Source of the DNA: Deltaproteobacteria bacterium
GTDB lineage: Bacteria; Myxococcota_A; Polyangia; Fen-1088
Length of the DNA: 64,000 nucleotides
Direction of reading: 5' to 3'
Assembly: GCA_033763315.1 (NCBI GenBank)
Contig: JANRKS010000002.1
Coordinates: 448,001-512,000 of the forward strand
The translations under genes and the position numbers were made by a program. Under the pieces are notes generated by a model, which saw only the letters and a list, made by a program, of their open reading frames with translations, was not told the DNA's origin and searched no databases. How positions within the stretch are numbered: the stretch's first letter is position 1; the number at the start of each line of letters is the position of its first letter. This document shows, one piece after another, positions 30,985 through 40,734 of the stretch.

Positions 30985-31266
30985 CTAGAGGGCGCGGCGC
31001 CCTTCGGCACGAAGTTGCTGAGACAGCTGCTGCACGAGGGTGGCAGCGCGCCGCGCCTGGTTCACGATGTCGTTGACATCGCCAAACAGCGGAGACTGCG
31101 GGTTGACCTCGGCGCCCAGGAAACTGGAGGTTGTGAGCATAACCGTGAGCACGTTGTTCAGGTCGTGAATGAGACGCGACGCGCTGTCAGCGGCGACTCC
31201 GACGGCGCGAGGACCACGGCGCAGTGCGTTTGCGTCTGGCTCTGCGAAAGAATCTGGCAAATTCAT
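30985..31266 (-). CDS. stand-alone HisKA (DHp) mini-protein, 93 aa
   Basis: LIHDLNNVLTV H-box and RAATLVQQL helix 2, then stop; GGAGG RBS. Confidence 0.75.
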   Translation of the reverse strand: MNLPDSFAEPDANALRRGPRAVGVAADSASRLIHDLNNVLTVMLTTSSFLGAEVNPQSPLFGDVNDIVNQARRAATLVQQLSQQLRAEGRRAL

Positions 31267-31313
31267 TGAACAACCTCCCCCGATGCTCAACCACATCGCT
31301 ACGAAGCATGCCT

Positions 31314-31329
31314 AGCAGGGGGCATGCCA
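31314..31329 (-). promoter_or_regulatory. sigma-54 -24/-12 promoter of the HisKA-HDOD operon
   Basis: minus strand TGGCATGCCCCCTGCT, exact GG-N10-GC spacing. Confidence 0.75.
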
Positions 31330-31355
31330 ACGGCTTAGGAGGGCTACGTGGGCCA

Positions 31356-31368
31356 TAAGTAACTGATT
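31356..31368 (-). promoter_or_regulatory. IHF-like binding site
   Basis: minus strand AATCAGTTACTTA matches WATCARNNNNTTR, just upstream of the sigma-54 box. Confidence 0.65.
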
Positions 31369-31462
31369 TTACGTGGTCATGGCGTGACCTCGCGATAAAT
31401 CGGCTCACCAAATTCCGTTCACGTTGCACAGTTTCGAGTTTTCACTCTCGAACCGCCGTACT

Positions 31463-31496
31463 CGCGAATTTTAGCGACGACTCACGAAAAATCGTT
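31463..31496. promoter_or_regulatory. tandem candidate enhancer (UAS) palindromes
   Basis: CGCGAATTTTAGCG and CACGAAAAATCGTT, 20 bp apart; related to CACGAATTTTCGTG at 33218. Confidence 0.5.
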
Positions 31497-31533
31497 GATA
31501 CTAGCGCGGAATTTCAAGCGCAAAGGGCGATCT

Positions 31534-32988
31534 GTGACGGACGAAGAGGCAACCCAGGTGGGCTCGATATTGGTGGTGGACGACGAGGTCGGCGCGCTGG
31601 ACGGCGTGCGCCTGAACTTGCGCGCGTCCGGCTTCGCAAACGTTGTTACGTGCAGCGATGGCCGCGAGGTGCCCCGCTTGCTTCGCGAGAACAACATCGA
31701 GCTCATGCTGCTTGACTTGTTGATGCCGCACATGCGTGGGGAAGTGGTTTTGGAACAGGCGCTGGCGTTGCAGCCGCAGCTGCCTGTGGTGGTGATGACG
31801 GCCGAGTATGACGTGCGCACAGCTGTGCGTTGCATGAAGCTCGGTGCCGCTGATTACCTGACCAAGCCAGTGGATTCCGAACTGCTTGTGGCCACCGTTG
31901 AGAAGGTGCTGGAGACCAGCGCGCTCAGGCAAGAAGCCGCGGCTTTGCGCAGCAGCTACTTCCAGCAGGAACTCAAGGATCCGAAGGCGTTCGAGTCCAT
32001 CATCACCGCTGATCCGGCAATGCTGCGGATTTTCACGTACCTCGAGGCCGCGTCGAAGGGCTTTCAACCAGTGTTGATCTCGGGCGAGACAGGCACCGGC
32101 AAAGAATTGATGGCGCGAGCGCTGCATGAGTCAAGTGGTCGCAAGGGCCCGTTCGTGGCGGTTAACGTTGCCGGCCTTGATGACGAGATGTTTTCCGACA
32201 CCTTGTTCGGCCACGTCCCGGGCGCGTTCACCGGCGCCGTGGGAACCCGGAAGGGTATGATCGAAGCGGCCGCCGCAGGCACGTTGTTCCTCGATGAAAT
32301 TGGTGATTTGTCGGAAGCGTCGCAGGTGAAGTTGCTGCGTGTTCTGCAAGAGCGCGAGTACCAGCCGCTGGGCGCCGACGTTCTAAAGCCAATGCGCGCG
32401 CGGGTCGTGGCGGCCACGAATCGTGCCGCTTCGTCGTTGCGCTCCGACTTGTATTACCGCCTGCGGAGCTACCACATCACGATCCCGCCGTTGCGTGAGC
32501 GGGCGGGTGATCTGCGCACATTGCTGGATCACTTCATCCGACTGGCGGCCGAAGACTTGGGCATTGCGGTGCCGGCGTGCCCGCCCGGCTTGCCCGAATT
32601 GCTCGATACATATCGGTTCCCGGGCAACATTCGCGAACTGCAAGCGATGGTGTTTCATGCGGTGGCGCAGCAGCGGGGCGGGCAGCTTTTCTTGTCCGCG
32701 TTCGAGGAGGCGATGGACCCAGGACAGCGCCGCACGATCCTGCCCGCGCAGCCAGCGCCACCACCTGCGCGCGACCACACGGATGCGATGATGACGTCGC
32801 CACCCCGCGAACATGACCTCATCCTTCAGCCCGATGACATTGAACGGCTGGAGCGCGAAAACATCATGCGCGCCCTGGAGAAGACACAATGGAAAGTGGC
32901 GGGCAACCAGGGCGCCGCGGCCTTGCTGGGGCTGCGTCCAAGCACCTTGGCTTCCAAGATGAAGAAGATGGGCATCGGACGGGCCTAA
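31534..32988 (+). CDS. sigma-54-dependent response regulator (NtrC-family bEBP)
   Basis: LVVDD, LDLLMP, YLTKP receiver; GETGTGKE, GAFTGA, FLDEIG; C-terminal HTH AAALLGLRPSTL. Confidence 0.95.
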   Translation: MTDEEATQVGSILVVDDEVGALDGVRLNLRASGFANVVTCSDGREVPRLLRENNIELMLLDLLMPHMRGEVVLEQALALQPQLPVVVMTAEYDVRTAVRCMKLGAADYLTKPVDSELLVATVEKVLETSALRQEAAALRSSYFQQELKDPKAFESIITADPAMLRIFTYLEAASKGFQPVLISGETGTGKELMARALHESSGRKGPFVAVNVAGLDDEMFSDTLFGHVPGAFTGAVGTRKGMIEAAAAGTLFLDEIGDLSEASQVKLLRVLQEREYQPLGADVLKPMRARVVAATNRAASSLRSDLYYRLRSYHITIPPLRERAGDLRTLLDHFIRLAAEDLGIAVPACPPGLPELLDTYRFPGNIRELQAMVFHAVAQQRGGQLFLSAFEEAMDPGQRRTILPAQPAPPPARDHTDAMMTSPPREHDLILQPDDIERLERENIMRALEKTQWKVAGNQGAAALLGLRPSTLASKMKKMGIGRA

Positions 32989-32989
32989 G

Positions 32990-33136
32990 AGGCACGCCAA
33001 CCTGCGGGGTTGCCAGTCCGAGGAGGGCGACCTATCTGAACAAGAACTGCAGTTCAGGGGTCGAGGACGGAGGCAACGGGTGGGTCTTTTTTGTCTTCTC
33101 GGGGGATAAATCTGGTACCCCCGCAGGTCGGTGCAC
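32990..33136 (-). ncRNA. candidate sigma-54-dependent structured small RNA (~147 nt)
   Basis: ends pair over ~25 nt (core ACCTGCGGGG/CCCCGCAGGT); inner stems; predicted TSS of the adjacent sigma-54 box coincides with the 5' arm. Confidence 0.6.
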
Positions 33137-33147
33137 AATGACTTCTT

Positions 33148-33163
33148 AGCAACCGGCGTGCCG
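33148..33163 (-). promoter_or_regulatory. sigma-54 -24/-12 promoter
   Basis: minus strand CGGCACGCCGGTTGCT, near-perfect match to TGGCACG-N4-TTGCW. Confidence 0.8.
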
Positions 33164-33180
33164 AAAAGGTTGCATCGTGT

Positions 33181-33193
33181 TTTCAACCACTTA
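33181..33193 (+). promoter_or_regulatory. IHF-like binding site
   Basis: TTTCAACCACTTA, one mismatch from WATCAANNNNTTR, between promoter and palindrome. Confidence 0.5.
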
Positions 33194-33216
33194 ACATCCT
33201 GACGCGGTTGCCACCG

Positions 33217-33232
33217 CCACGAATTTTCGTGG
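33217..33232. promoter_or_regulatory. candidate enhancer (UAS) palindrome
   Basis: CCACGAA-TT-TTCGTGG perfect 7-bp inverted repeat, ~80-95 bp upstream of the predicted sRNA start. Confidence 0.6.
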
Positions 33233-33307
33233 ATTCACGGAAGTACGCGCTCAGACCCCGCGAAACTCCGTCTCCTTGGTTTCTGGTAAGGTTCACAAGC
33301 TCGCGTC

Positions 33308-34045
33308 ATGACGAAATTCAGCGTCAACCTAAATAAGTTTGCCTTGCTGCGTAATTCGCGGGGCCACAATAACCCCGATGTATTGGCCATCGCCCAACGC
33401 TGCGTGACCCGGGGCGTGCATGGGCTAACGGTGCACCCCAGGCCGGACGAGCGACACACACGCTTTGCTGACGTGGCGGCGTTGGCGGCCTTCGTAAAGA
33501 CGCAATCCGGGGTGGAATTTAACGTCGAGGGGTATCCCACGCCCGCGTTTTTGGAGCTGGTGCTGACGACCAAGCCCGACCAGTGCACTTTGGTGCCCGA
33601 TGAACCGGGGCAGTTGACGTCGGACCACGGCTGGGACGCGGTTGCGAAAGCCGAGCAAATCAAGGACGCGGTGAGGACACTGCAGCGGGGTGGCGTTCGC
33701 GTCAGCGTGTTCTTGGACCCGGTGCTAGCGCAAGTGGAGGCCGTGAAGGCCACCGGCACCGATCGCATCGAGCTTTACACAGAGCCGTACGCACGCGCGT
33801 TCGGTCAGCGCGGGCAGGCGGCGGAGCTGGCAAGGTTCGCCGCTGCGGCGAAACACGCAATGGCGCTGGGTATCGGGGTCAACGCCGGTCACGACCTGAA
33901 CCAGGCAAACCTAGGGTCGTTCCTGGACGCCGTTCCGGGCGTGCTTGAGGTCTCGATCGGCCACGCGGTGGTTTGCGAATCCTTCGACCATGGCCTTGAA
34001 GCCACGTTGGACGCGTATTTAGCGATCGTAAACGCCCGCGCTTAA
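33308..34045 (+). CDS. pdxJ: pyridoxine 5'-phosphate synthase
   Basis: SVNLNKFALLRNSR, TVHPRPDERH, TSDHGW, NAGHDL, EVSIGHA. Confidence 0.96.
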   Translation: MTKFSVNLNKFALLRNSRGHNNPDVLAIAQRCVTRGVHGLTVHPRPDERHTRFADVAALAAFVKTQSGVEFNVEGYPTPAFLELVLTTKPDQCTLVPDEPGQLTSDHGWDAVAKAEQIKDAVRTLQRGGVRVSVFLDPVLAQVEAVKATGTDRIELYTEPYARAFGQRGQAAELARFAAAAKHAMALGIGVNAGHDLNQANLGSFLDAVPGVLEVSIGHAVVCESFDHGLEATLDAYLAIVNARA

Positions 34046-35595
34046 GGCGCGTGGCGAGCCAGGGGCAATTCAAGGGCATCGGCCAACGCCAAGCAGCTGG
34101 CCTCGATGATGTTTTGCGAGACGCCGATGGTGCTCCACCTCTGGTTGCCCATGCCCGTCTCGATCAATACGCGCGTGCTGGCACCCGTGGCGCGCTCGGG
34201 GTCCAAGATGCGCACCTTAAAGTCAACCAAGTGAACCGCCGCAAGGGCGGGGTAAAGCGGATCCAGGGCCTTGTGAAACGCACGATCAAGCGCGTGCACG
34301 GGCCCGGTGCCTTCGGCCACGGTGTGCACTGTTTCGGTGCCCACGCGCAATTTAACCGTGGCTTCAGAAAACATCTCACTGCCGCGGCGTTGTTCCGAGA
34401 TCGCCACCACGTCCAACAGTTCAAAGGGCGCTTGATACCCTGGGCGAAGCTTGCGCACGATGAGCTCGAACGAGCCCTCGGCGGCCTCAAATTGATAGCC
34501 GCGGTTTTCAAGCTCTTTGATGCGCGCCAACACATCCTTCTCGTTGCCACCCAGGTCAGCGCCGATTTCAGCGGCGCGCATCCGCACGTTGCCGCGGCCC
34601 GAAAGCTCCGAAACAACGATCTTGCGGCTGTTGCCCACCTGTTCGGGATTTAGGTGTTCGTAGCTGTGGGTGATCTTTTCCACGGCGGCCACGTGCGCGC
34701 CGCCTTTGTGTGCGAAGGCCGAGCGACCCACATACGGCGCGTGGGCGCGAGGCCTGATGTTGGCGATTTCGGACACCGTGCGGGACAGCTCTGTGAGCTT
34801 GGCCAGCGCTTCGTCAGGCACGCACCTATAGCCCATCTTCAGCTGCAGGGCGGGAATGATGGAGATAAGGTTGGCGTTGCCACAACGTTCGCCCCATCCG
34901 TTCATGGTGCCTTGCACTTGCGTGCACCCAGCCTCAACGGCGGCCAACGCGTTGGCCACGGCGCAGTCTGTATCGTTGTGCGTGTGGATGCCGAGCGGCG
35001 TGCCCAGATGGGCCTTCACGTACGACACCACTTTCGAGATGAAGGTGGGCAAACTGCCGCCGTTGGTGTCGCAAAGTGTGAGCCAGTCGGCCCCGGCTTC
35101 GGCGGCGGCTGCCAAAGCTGCCAAAGCGTACGCGCGATCGGCTTTGTAGCCGTCGAAGAAGTGTTCGGCGTCGTAGATCACCTCTTTGCCAGCCGCTTTC
35201 AGGAACGCCACGCTGCTGCGGATCATCGCGAGGTTTTCGTCGAGGGTGGTGCGCAGGACTTCTGTGACGTGCAGTGGCCAGGATTTGCCATAGATGCACA
35301 CAGCGGGCGTGTGAGCTTGCACCAGCGCTTGCAGGTTCGGATCGGCGGCCGCCTCAATGCCGGCGCGGCGGGTGCTGCCAAACGCCGTGAGTTTCGTTTG
35401 CTGCAACGGCAGCGCGCGCACGCGCTCGAAGTATTCAACGTCTTTAGGGTTCGAGCCCGGATAACCGCCTTCAACGAACGCGATGCCGAACGCGTCGAGA
35501 AGCTTCGTGATCTTGAGCTTGTCCTCCAACGACAGGCTCAACCCTTCGCTTTGGGTGCCATCACGCAAAGTGGTATCGAACAAATGAATTTGCAT
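34042..35595 (-). CDS. cimA: citramalate synthase
   Basis: DTTLRDGTQSEG, EGGYPGSNPKD, YDAEHFFDG, AFAHKGG, YEH. Confidence 0.92.
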   Translation of the reverse strand: MQIHLFDTTLRDGTQSEGLSLSLEDKLKITKLLDAFGIAFVEGGYPGSNPKDVEYFERVRALPLQQTKLTAFGSTRRAGIEAAADPNLQALVQAHTPAVCIYGKSWPLHVTEVLRTTLDENLAMIRSSVAFLKAAGKEVIYDAEHFFDGYKADRAYALAALAAAAEAGADWLTLCDTNGGSLPTFISKVVSYVKAHLGTPLGIHTHNDTDCAVANALAAVEAGCTQVQGTMNGWGERCGNANLISIIPALQLKMGYRCVPDEALAKLTELSRTVSEIANIRPRAHAPYVGRSAFAHKGGAHVAAVEKITHSYEHLNPEQVGNSRKIVVSELSGRGNVRMRAAEIGADLGGNEKDVLARIKELENRGYQFEAAEGSFELIVRKLRPGYQAPFELLDVVAISEQRRGSEMFSEATVKLRVGTETVHTVAEGTGPVHALDRAFHKALDPLYPALAAVHLVDFKVRILDPERATGASTRVLIETGMGNQRWSTIGVSQNIIEASCLALADALELPLARHAP

Positions 35596-35618
35596 GACGG
35601 CCCCGGCAGTCGTGACGT

Positions 35619-36956
35619 TTATGGTTGATCCAAAATGCGGCGAACGGCGTCGCGCACGTCGTTGTAGCTGTTGGGCAGCATGATGGGCTCGTTCGCAAAC
35701 TTCGGATCCGCCACCGCGCCCAAGCGACGTTCATGGTACGCCACTTTGAAATCCGTGAACTTCAATCCGTTGGCTGTGCTGATCACCACCACCGATTGAT
35801 CTTTGCGAATGAGCCCACGTGCCACAAGTTTTTCAAGTGCGGCCAAAGCCACGCCGGTGTGAGGGCAACAGAACATACCCGTGCGATCGGCGCGTGCGGC
35901 CGCGTCGGCCAGTTCGGCTTCGGAGGCTTGCTCCACCACGCCATCAAATTGTTTGAGTGCGCGGATCGCTTTGTCGCGGCTGATCGGGTTGCCGATCTGG
36001 ATCGCGGACGCCAAGGTGGTCTTGGGCACCATCGATTCGAATTTCTCGTAGCCGGATAAATACGACTGATAAAGTGGATTTGCGTGCTCGGCTTGTGCCA
36101 CGCAAATGCGCGGCATTTTGTTGATGATGCCGAGCTCCTTCATGAGGTTAAAGCCCGCGCCCAACGCGCTGACGTTGCCCAAGTTGCCGCCGGGTATGAT
36201 GAGCCAATCGGGCACCTTCCACTCGAACTGCTGGCAGATCTCGATGCCCACGGTCTTTTGCCCCTCAAGGCGCAGCGAGTTCATGCTGTTGGCAAGGTAC
36301 ACGCCTTCTTCGGCCGCCAACCTTTGCACCACGGCCATGCAATCGTCGAAGTTGCCGTCGAGGGCCAGCACCTTGGCGCCGTTGGCCAGCGGTTGCACAA
36401 GCTGCGCGGTGGAAATCTTTCCATGCGGCAAGATCACCAATGATCGCACACCGGCGGCGGCGCAATAGGCGGCCAGTGCCGCGGAGGTGTCGCCCGTGGA
36501 GGCGCACGCCACGGCCGAAACATTTTTGCCGTCGGCCATCATCTGTTTGACCACCGACACGAGCACGGTCATGCCTAGGTCCTTAAACGATCCCGTGTGG
36601 GAGTTACCGCAGAGTTTGATCCACAGATCTTCGACGCCGATCTGGCTGCCGTAGCGCTGGGCCCAAAACAGGTTCGATCCGCCTTCGTACATCGAGACCA
36701 CGTTCTCGTCGCGGATGCCGGGGTGCACCCACTCGCGCTTGCCCCACACGCCCGACCCAAACGGCCATTCGGTGCCCAGGTATCGAGACTCGAACAGCTT
36801 CATCCACTGCCAGGCGCTGCGCTGTTTGAGCGCTTCGGTGTCGTGCCGCACTTCCAGCAATCCATTGCAGGTGGGGCAGCGGTAAATCACTTCGTCGAGC
36901 GCCCATTCTCCGGCACAACCAGAGGAACATTTGAATACGGCGCGAAATGGCTTCAT
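35619..36956 (-). CDS. thrC: threonine synthase
   Basis: [43 protein letters not shown]. Confidence 0.95.
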   Translation of the reverse strand: MKPFRAVFKCSSGCAGEWALDEVIYRCPTCNGLLEVRHDTEALKQRSAWQWMKLFESRYLGTEWPFGSGVWGKREWVHPGIRDENVVSMYEGGSNLFWAQRYGSQIGVEDLWIKLCGNSHTGSFKDLGMTVLVSVVKQMMADGKNVSAVACASTGDTSAALAAYCAAAGVRSLVILPHGKISTAQLVQPLANGAKVLALDGNFDDCMAVVQRLAAEEGVYLANSMNSLRLEGQKTVGIEICQQFEWKVPDWLIIPGGNLGNVSALGAGFNLMKELGIINKMPRICVAQAEHANPLYQSYLSGYEKFESMVPKTTLASAIQIGNPISRDKAIRALKQFDGVVEQASEAELADAAARADRTGMFCCPHTGVALAALEKLVARGLIRKDQSVVVISTANGLKFTDFKVAYHERRLGAVADPKFANEPIMLPNSYNDVRDAVRRILDQP

Positions 36957-37163
36957 GGGGCGCCAATTTACCTTAAAAAATCGCCCGGCAAGGGGTGTGG
37001 CGAAATTCCGTGGCAGATCTGTGGCCAAATCCTGCAAATGGCGGTGGGGGGGCTGCCTGTTCCGCAAAGCTCCCGCAAACAAGCGCACGGGCCTTGGGTG
37101 CAGGACTCGCAAGCGAGCGAAAAACCAAGTACTGTAGCCGCCCCGCGCAGGCGGCAAACGGTC

Positions 37164-39737
37164 ATGCCACGCCAGAAAAACAGCCAAGCCCCAGAAGTTT
37201 TCAAGTTCGGCGGCGCCTCTTTGGGCGATGCCGCGGCTTACAAACACGCAGCCACCATCGTGAAAGCCTGCACCTCGCCCTTGGCGGTGGTGTGCTCGGC
37301 GCCGGCCGGTGTGACCGACGCGCTGTTGGCGGTGGCCAAAGCCGCCAAGGACGGTGACAAGACGGCCGTGGACGCGGCCAACGTGGCTTTGGCGCAGAAG
37401 TTCCACACAATCGTTAAGGGCGCGCTGGCTGACGCCGCGGCCCGCAAGAAACTGCAAGCCATCATCGACGCCTCCCTGCAAGAGCTGGCGTCACTGGCCA
37501 CAGGTTTGCTGGTGTTGCGCGAGCTCACGCCACGCACGAGCGATTTGGTGGTCTCGCGCGGCGAGCGGCTCTCTGCACGCGTGTTCGAGGCGGTGCTCAA
37601 CAGCGCGGGCGTCAAGGCGCAATACATCGAGCCCACCGAGATCATCGTCACGCACGGCCCTTTTGGCGGCGCCGCCCCCGATCTCGACGCCAGCGACAAG
37701 GAAACCCGTAAACGCTTGTTGCCAGTGCTGGCGTCGGGCGTGGTTGCCGTGGTGCCTGGGTTCTTGGGTGCGATGGTTGACGACGCGGGCCAGCCCGTTG
37801 GCACGGTGACGTTGGGCCGTGGCGGCTCTGATCTGACGGCCACCTTGCTCGGTCGGTCCTTGGGCGCGCAGCGTGTTTCACTGTGGAAAGATGTGCCAGG
37901 CCTGTTGACCGCGGATCCGCGCGTGGTCAGCGATGCCCGCGTGGTGCCACAACTCAACGTGCGCGAAGCCGCGGAACTGGCCTATTACGGCGCCAAGGTC
38001 CTGCACCCGCGCGCCCTGATTCCTGTCACAGGCAAAGACATCCCCGTGCACGTGCGGCCCTTCGGCAATCCCGAGTCGCTCGGCACGGAAATCTCGGCCC
38101 GTCACACGCTGGATAAGTATCCCGTCAAAGCTTTGTCAGCGGCGACGGGCCAAGCCCTTGTGTCCGTGGCGGGCCGCGGGTTATTGGGCGTGCCAGGCGT
38201 GGCTGCGCGGACGTTCGCCACGCTTTCCGATCACGGTTTGTCGGTGTCGTTGATTTCGCAGTCGTCGTCCGAGCAAACGATTTGTTTTACCGTTCCAGAA
38301 AACGAAGCCAAGGCGGCGCAGAAGTGTCTGCAGAAGGCATTCGCTGCAGAGATCGCCAGCCGCTATGTGGACGGCGTTGCGGTGCAAGCTGGAATGGCCA
38401 CCGTGGCGGTGGTGGGCCTGGGTATGGCCGGCCAGCCTGGCATCGCCGCCCGCGTGTTCGGTGCCATGGCAGGGGCTGGCATCAACATCGTGGCGATTGC
38501 GCAGGGGTCATCCGAGCTCAACATCTCGTTCGTCGTGTCACAGGCACAAGCGGGTGACGCGCAACGGGCGATTCACGATACGTTTCAGCTGTCGAAGATC
38601 GGCGGCGGGTCTGTGCGTGAGACCGACCATGTGGACGTCGTCTTGTTGGGCTTTGGGCAGATCGGCCGCACGCTGGCCGCGCTCATTGCCAAGAGCGCTA
38701 AGAACGGCAAGAGCGGCCGAAAAAAGCCCGCGGGCCGCGGCGCGGATGTGAGCCGCCTGCGCGTTGTGGGGGCTGTGGATCGTTCGGGTTTCGTGTTCAG
38801 CGCTGACGGGTTGACCTCCACACAGGTGGCCGAGCTGGCAAAACTAAAAGCGGAAGGCCGCTCTTTCGCAAACGCGCCCAAGGGCCACAAGGGCTCGCCG
38901 CTTGATGCGGTTCACTATTTCGCCAAGCACGCCTTGTCGCGTCCGGTGCTTGTGGACGTGACGGCTCATGACACCACCGCCGTGTTGATGGCGGGCGTGC
39001 AGGCCGGCATGGACATCGTGCTTGCCAACAAGCGGCCCATGTCGTCGAAGACATCAGAGCACAACGCGCTTCGCGCAGCCGTGAAGAGCGGGGGCCGACA
39101 GCTGCGGTTTGAGGCCACCGTTGGGGCTGGTTTGCCCATCCTGGACACGTACCGGAAGCTGGCCGAGTCTGGCGACAAGGTGTTGCGCATCGAGGGCTGT
39201 GTATCGGGCACCCTCGGCTATCTGTTGACCGCCGTGGGCCAAGGCAAATCGTTCTCGGAGGCCGTCAAAGAAGCGATGGCCAAAGGCTACACCGAACCCG
39301 ATCCGCGCGATGATCTGTCGGGCGCCGACGTGGGACGTAAAGCGCTCATTCTGGGGCGCTTGCTCGGTTTTGCGGGTGAGCCTGACGACGTGGTGGTGGA
39401 AAGCTTGGTGCCAGCCGAAGCCAGGAAGCTAAGCAAAGAAGCGTTTGTGGAAAAGCTGCCGAGCTGGGACGCCGAGTGGACCAAGCGCGTCGAAGCCGCT
39501 AGGGCGCAAGGCGCCGTCCTGCGCTACGTGGCCACCGTTACAGCAAAGAAGATCAGCGTGGGGTTGCGCAAAGTGCCGCGTGGCACGCCGTTCGCGTCGC
39601 TCGAAGGCACCGACAACCAAATAGCGTTTACCACCACCCGTTACCGCAGCCCGCTTGTTATCACGGGAGCTGGGGCCGGCCTCGAGGTGACGGCGGGTGG
39701 CGTTCTAAATGATTTGCTCGACCTCACCGGCGCCTAA
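37164..39737 (+). CDS. thrA: bifunctional aspartate kinase/homoserine dehydrogenase
   Basis: [22 protein letters not shown], two ACT domains, [22 protein letters not shown]. Confidence 0.93.
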   Translation: MPRQKNSQAPEVFKFGGASLGDAAAYKHAATIVKACTSPLAVVCSAPAGVTDALLAVAKAAKDGDKTAVDAANVALAQKFHTIVKGALADAAARKKLQAIIDASLQELASLATGLLVLRELTPRTSDLVVSRGERLSARVFEAVLNSAGVKAQYIEPTEIIVTHGPFGGAAPDLDASDKETRKRLLPVLASGVVAVVPGFLGAMVDDAGQPVGTVTLGRGGSDLTATLLGRSLGAQRVSLWKDVPGLLTADPRVVSDARVVPQLNVREAAELAYYGAKVLHPRALIPVTGKDIPVHVRPFGNPESLGTEISARHTLDKYPVKALSAATGQALVSVAGRGLLGVPGVAARTFATLSDHGLSVSLISQSSSEQTICFTVPENEAKAAQKCLQKAFAAEIASRYVDGVAVQAGMATVAVVGLGMAGQPGIAARVFGAMAGAGINIVAIAQGSSELNISFVVSQAQAGDAQRAIHDTFQLSKIGGGSVRETDHVDVVLLGFGQIGRTLAALIAKSAKNGKSGRKKPAGRGADVSRLRVVGAVDRSGFVFSADGLTSTQVAELAKLKAEGRSFANAPKGHKGSPLDAVHYFAKHALSRPVLVDVTAHDTTAVLMAGVQAGMDIVLANKRPMSSKTSEHNALRAAVKSGGRQLRFEATVGAGLPILDTYRKLAESGDKVLRIEGCVSGTLGYLLTAVGQGKSFSEAVKEAMAKGYTEPDPRDDLSGADVGRKALILGRLLGFAGEPDDVVVESLVPAEARKLSKEAFVEKLPSWDAEWTKRVEAARAQGAVLRYVATVTAKKISVGLRKVPRGTPFASLEGTDNQIAFTTTRYRSPLVITGAGAGLEVTAGGVLNDLLDLTGA

Positions 39738-39796
39738 GACGGTAACCTTTTCCCAATCCGATGACAGCGGGCTGACTGTTTACTAAGTTCCTGGGA

Positions 39797-40621
39797 GTGA
39801 ACACGCTGGTTGGGTTGGGGGCGGCTATCGGAGGAATCACAGATCTGCTTTCGGCGGAAGCCATCATTGCGTTGGCAACCTTGACCGCCTTGGAGATCGT
39901 GCTTGGCATCGACAACATCGTCTTCATTGCCATCTTGGTTGGCAAGTTGCCGCCCGAGCGGCAAGAGAAGGCCCGCCGCCTCGGTTTAGGCCTGGCCATG
40001 GGTGTGCGCATCCTCTTGCTGCTGACCATCAGTTGGATCATGCAGCTCACCAAGCCGTGGTTCTGGATTCCAGCGGTGTGGACGGGGGCGGAAGGCGACG
40101 CTTTGGGGATCTCGGGTCGCGATGTGATTTTGCTTGTGGGCGGCATCTTCCTCATCGGCAAGTCGACCTACGAGATCCACGAACGTCTAGAAGGCGCAGC
40201 GGATCATGCTGACGAGCGCCCCAAGGCGCGCGCCTCGTTCAACAGCGTGCTCATTCAGATCCTGTTGCTCGACATCGTGTTTTCGTTGGATTCCGTGATT
40301 ACCGCCGTGGGCATGGTGGAAACCCATCCCGAACACATGTGGAAGGGGCTCGCGGTGATGATCGCGGCTGTCATGATCGCGGTTGGCGTGATGTTGCTGG
40401 CAGCCGGGCGTGTGAGTGCGTTCGTCGAAACGCACCCGACCCTCAAGGTTTTGGCGTTGTCTTTCTTGCTGCTGATTGGCGTGATGTTGGTGGTGGAGGG
40501 GGTTCATCAGCACATACCCAAGGGCTATATCTACTTCGCCATGGCATTTTCGCTCTTGGTCGAGATGGTCAACATTCGGGCCCACCGTAAACATCGCACT
40601 GACGCAACGTCTGTGCCCTAA
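39797..40621 (+). CDS. TerC-family membrane protein
   Basis: LEIVLGIDNIVFI, LDIVFSLDSVITAVG, PKGYIYFAMAFS. Confidence 0.93.
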   Translation: MNTLVGLGAAIGGITDLLSAEAIIALATLTALEIVLGIDNIVFIAILVGKLPPERQEKARRLGLGLAMGVRILLLLTISWIMQLTKPWFWIPAVWTGAEGDALGISGRDVILLVGGIFLIGKSTYEIHERLEGAADHADERPKARASFNSVLIQILLLDIVFSLDSVITAVGMVETHPEHMWKGLAVMIAAVMIAVGVMLLAAGRVSAFVETHPTLKVLALSFLLLIGVMLVVEGVHQHIPKGYIYFAMAFSLLVEMVNIRAHRKHRTDATSVP

Positions 40622-40734
40622 CACGAGATTCCGCGACAGTGGGGCGGCCCCCGGGGCTTTCGCGCACGGCTGGCCGAAAAGGGGCTCATTGGGGTTGATG
40701 CCAAACGGTTGGCCGTGGTAGGCAAGCCGGTCCC

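Noticed and set aside
32990-33005. Plus-strand AGGCACGCCAACCTGC as a sigma-54 promoter
   Set aside because: GG-to-GC spacing is 11 rather than the strict 10 bp; the sequence is better explained as one arm of the RNA stem
33025-33092. 6S RNA call from the CTGAAC...GTTCAGG...GGAGGCA resemblance on the plus strand
   Set aside because: I could not find the 5' partner strand expected for a 6S closing stem, and the folded unit is only ~147 nt; left open for an Rfam search
36597-37481. Long overlapping N-terminal extensions of thrC (620 aa) and thrA (1046 aa) in the ORF track
   Set aside because: Homology starts at 36956 (thrC) and 37164 (thrA); the extensions are open-frame artefacts of high GC
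39738-39830. yybP-ykoY riboswitch upstream of the TerC gene
   Set aside because: Spacer is short and I see no recognisable conserved core
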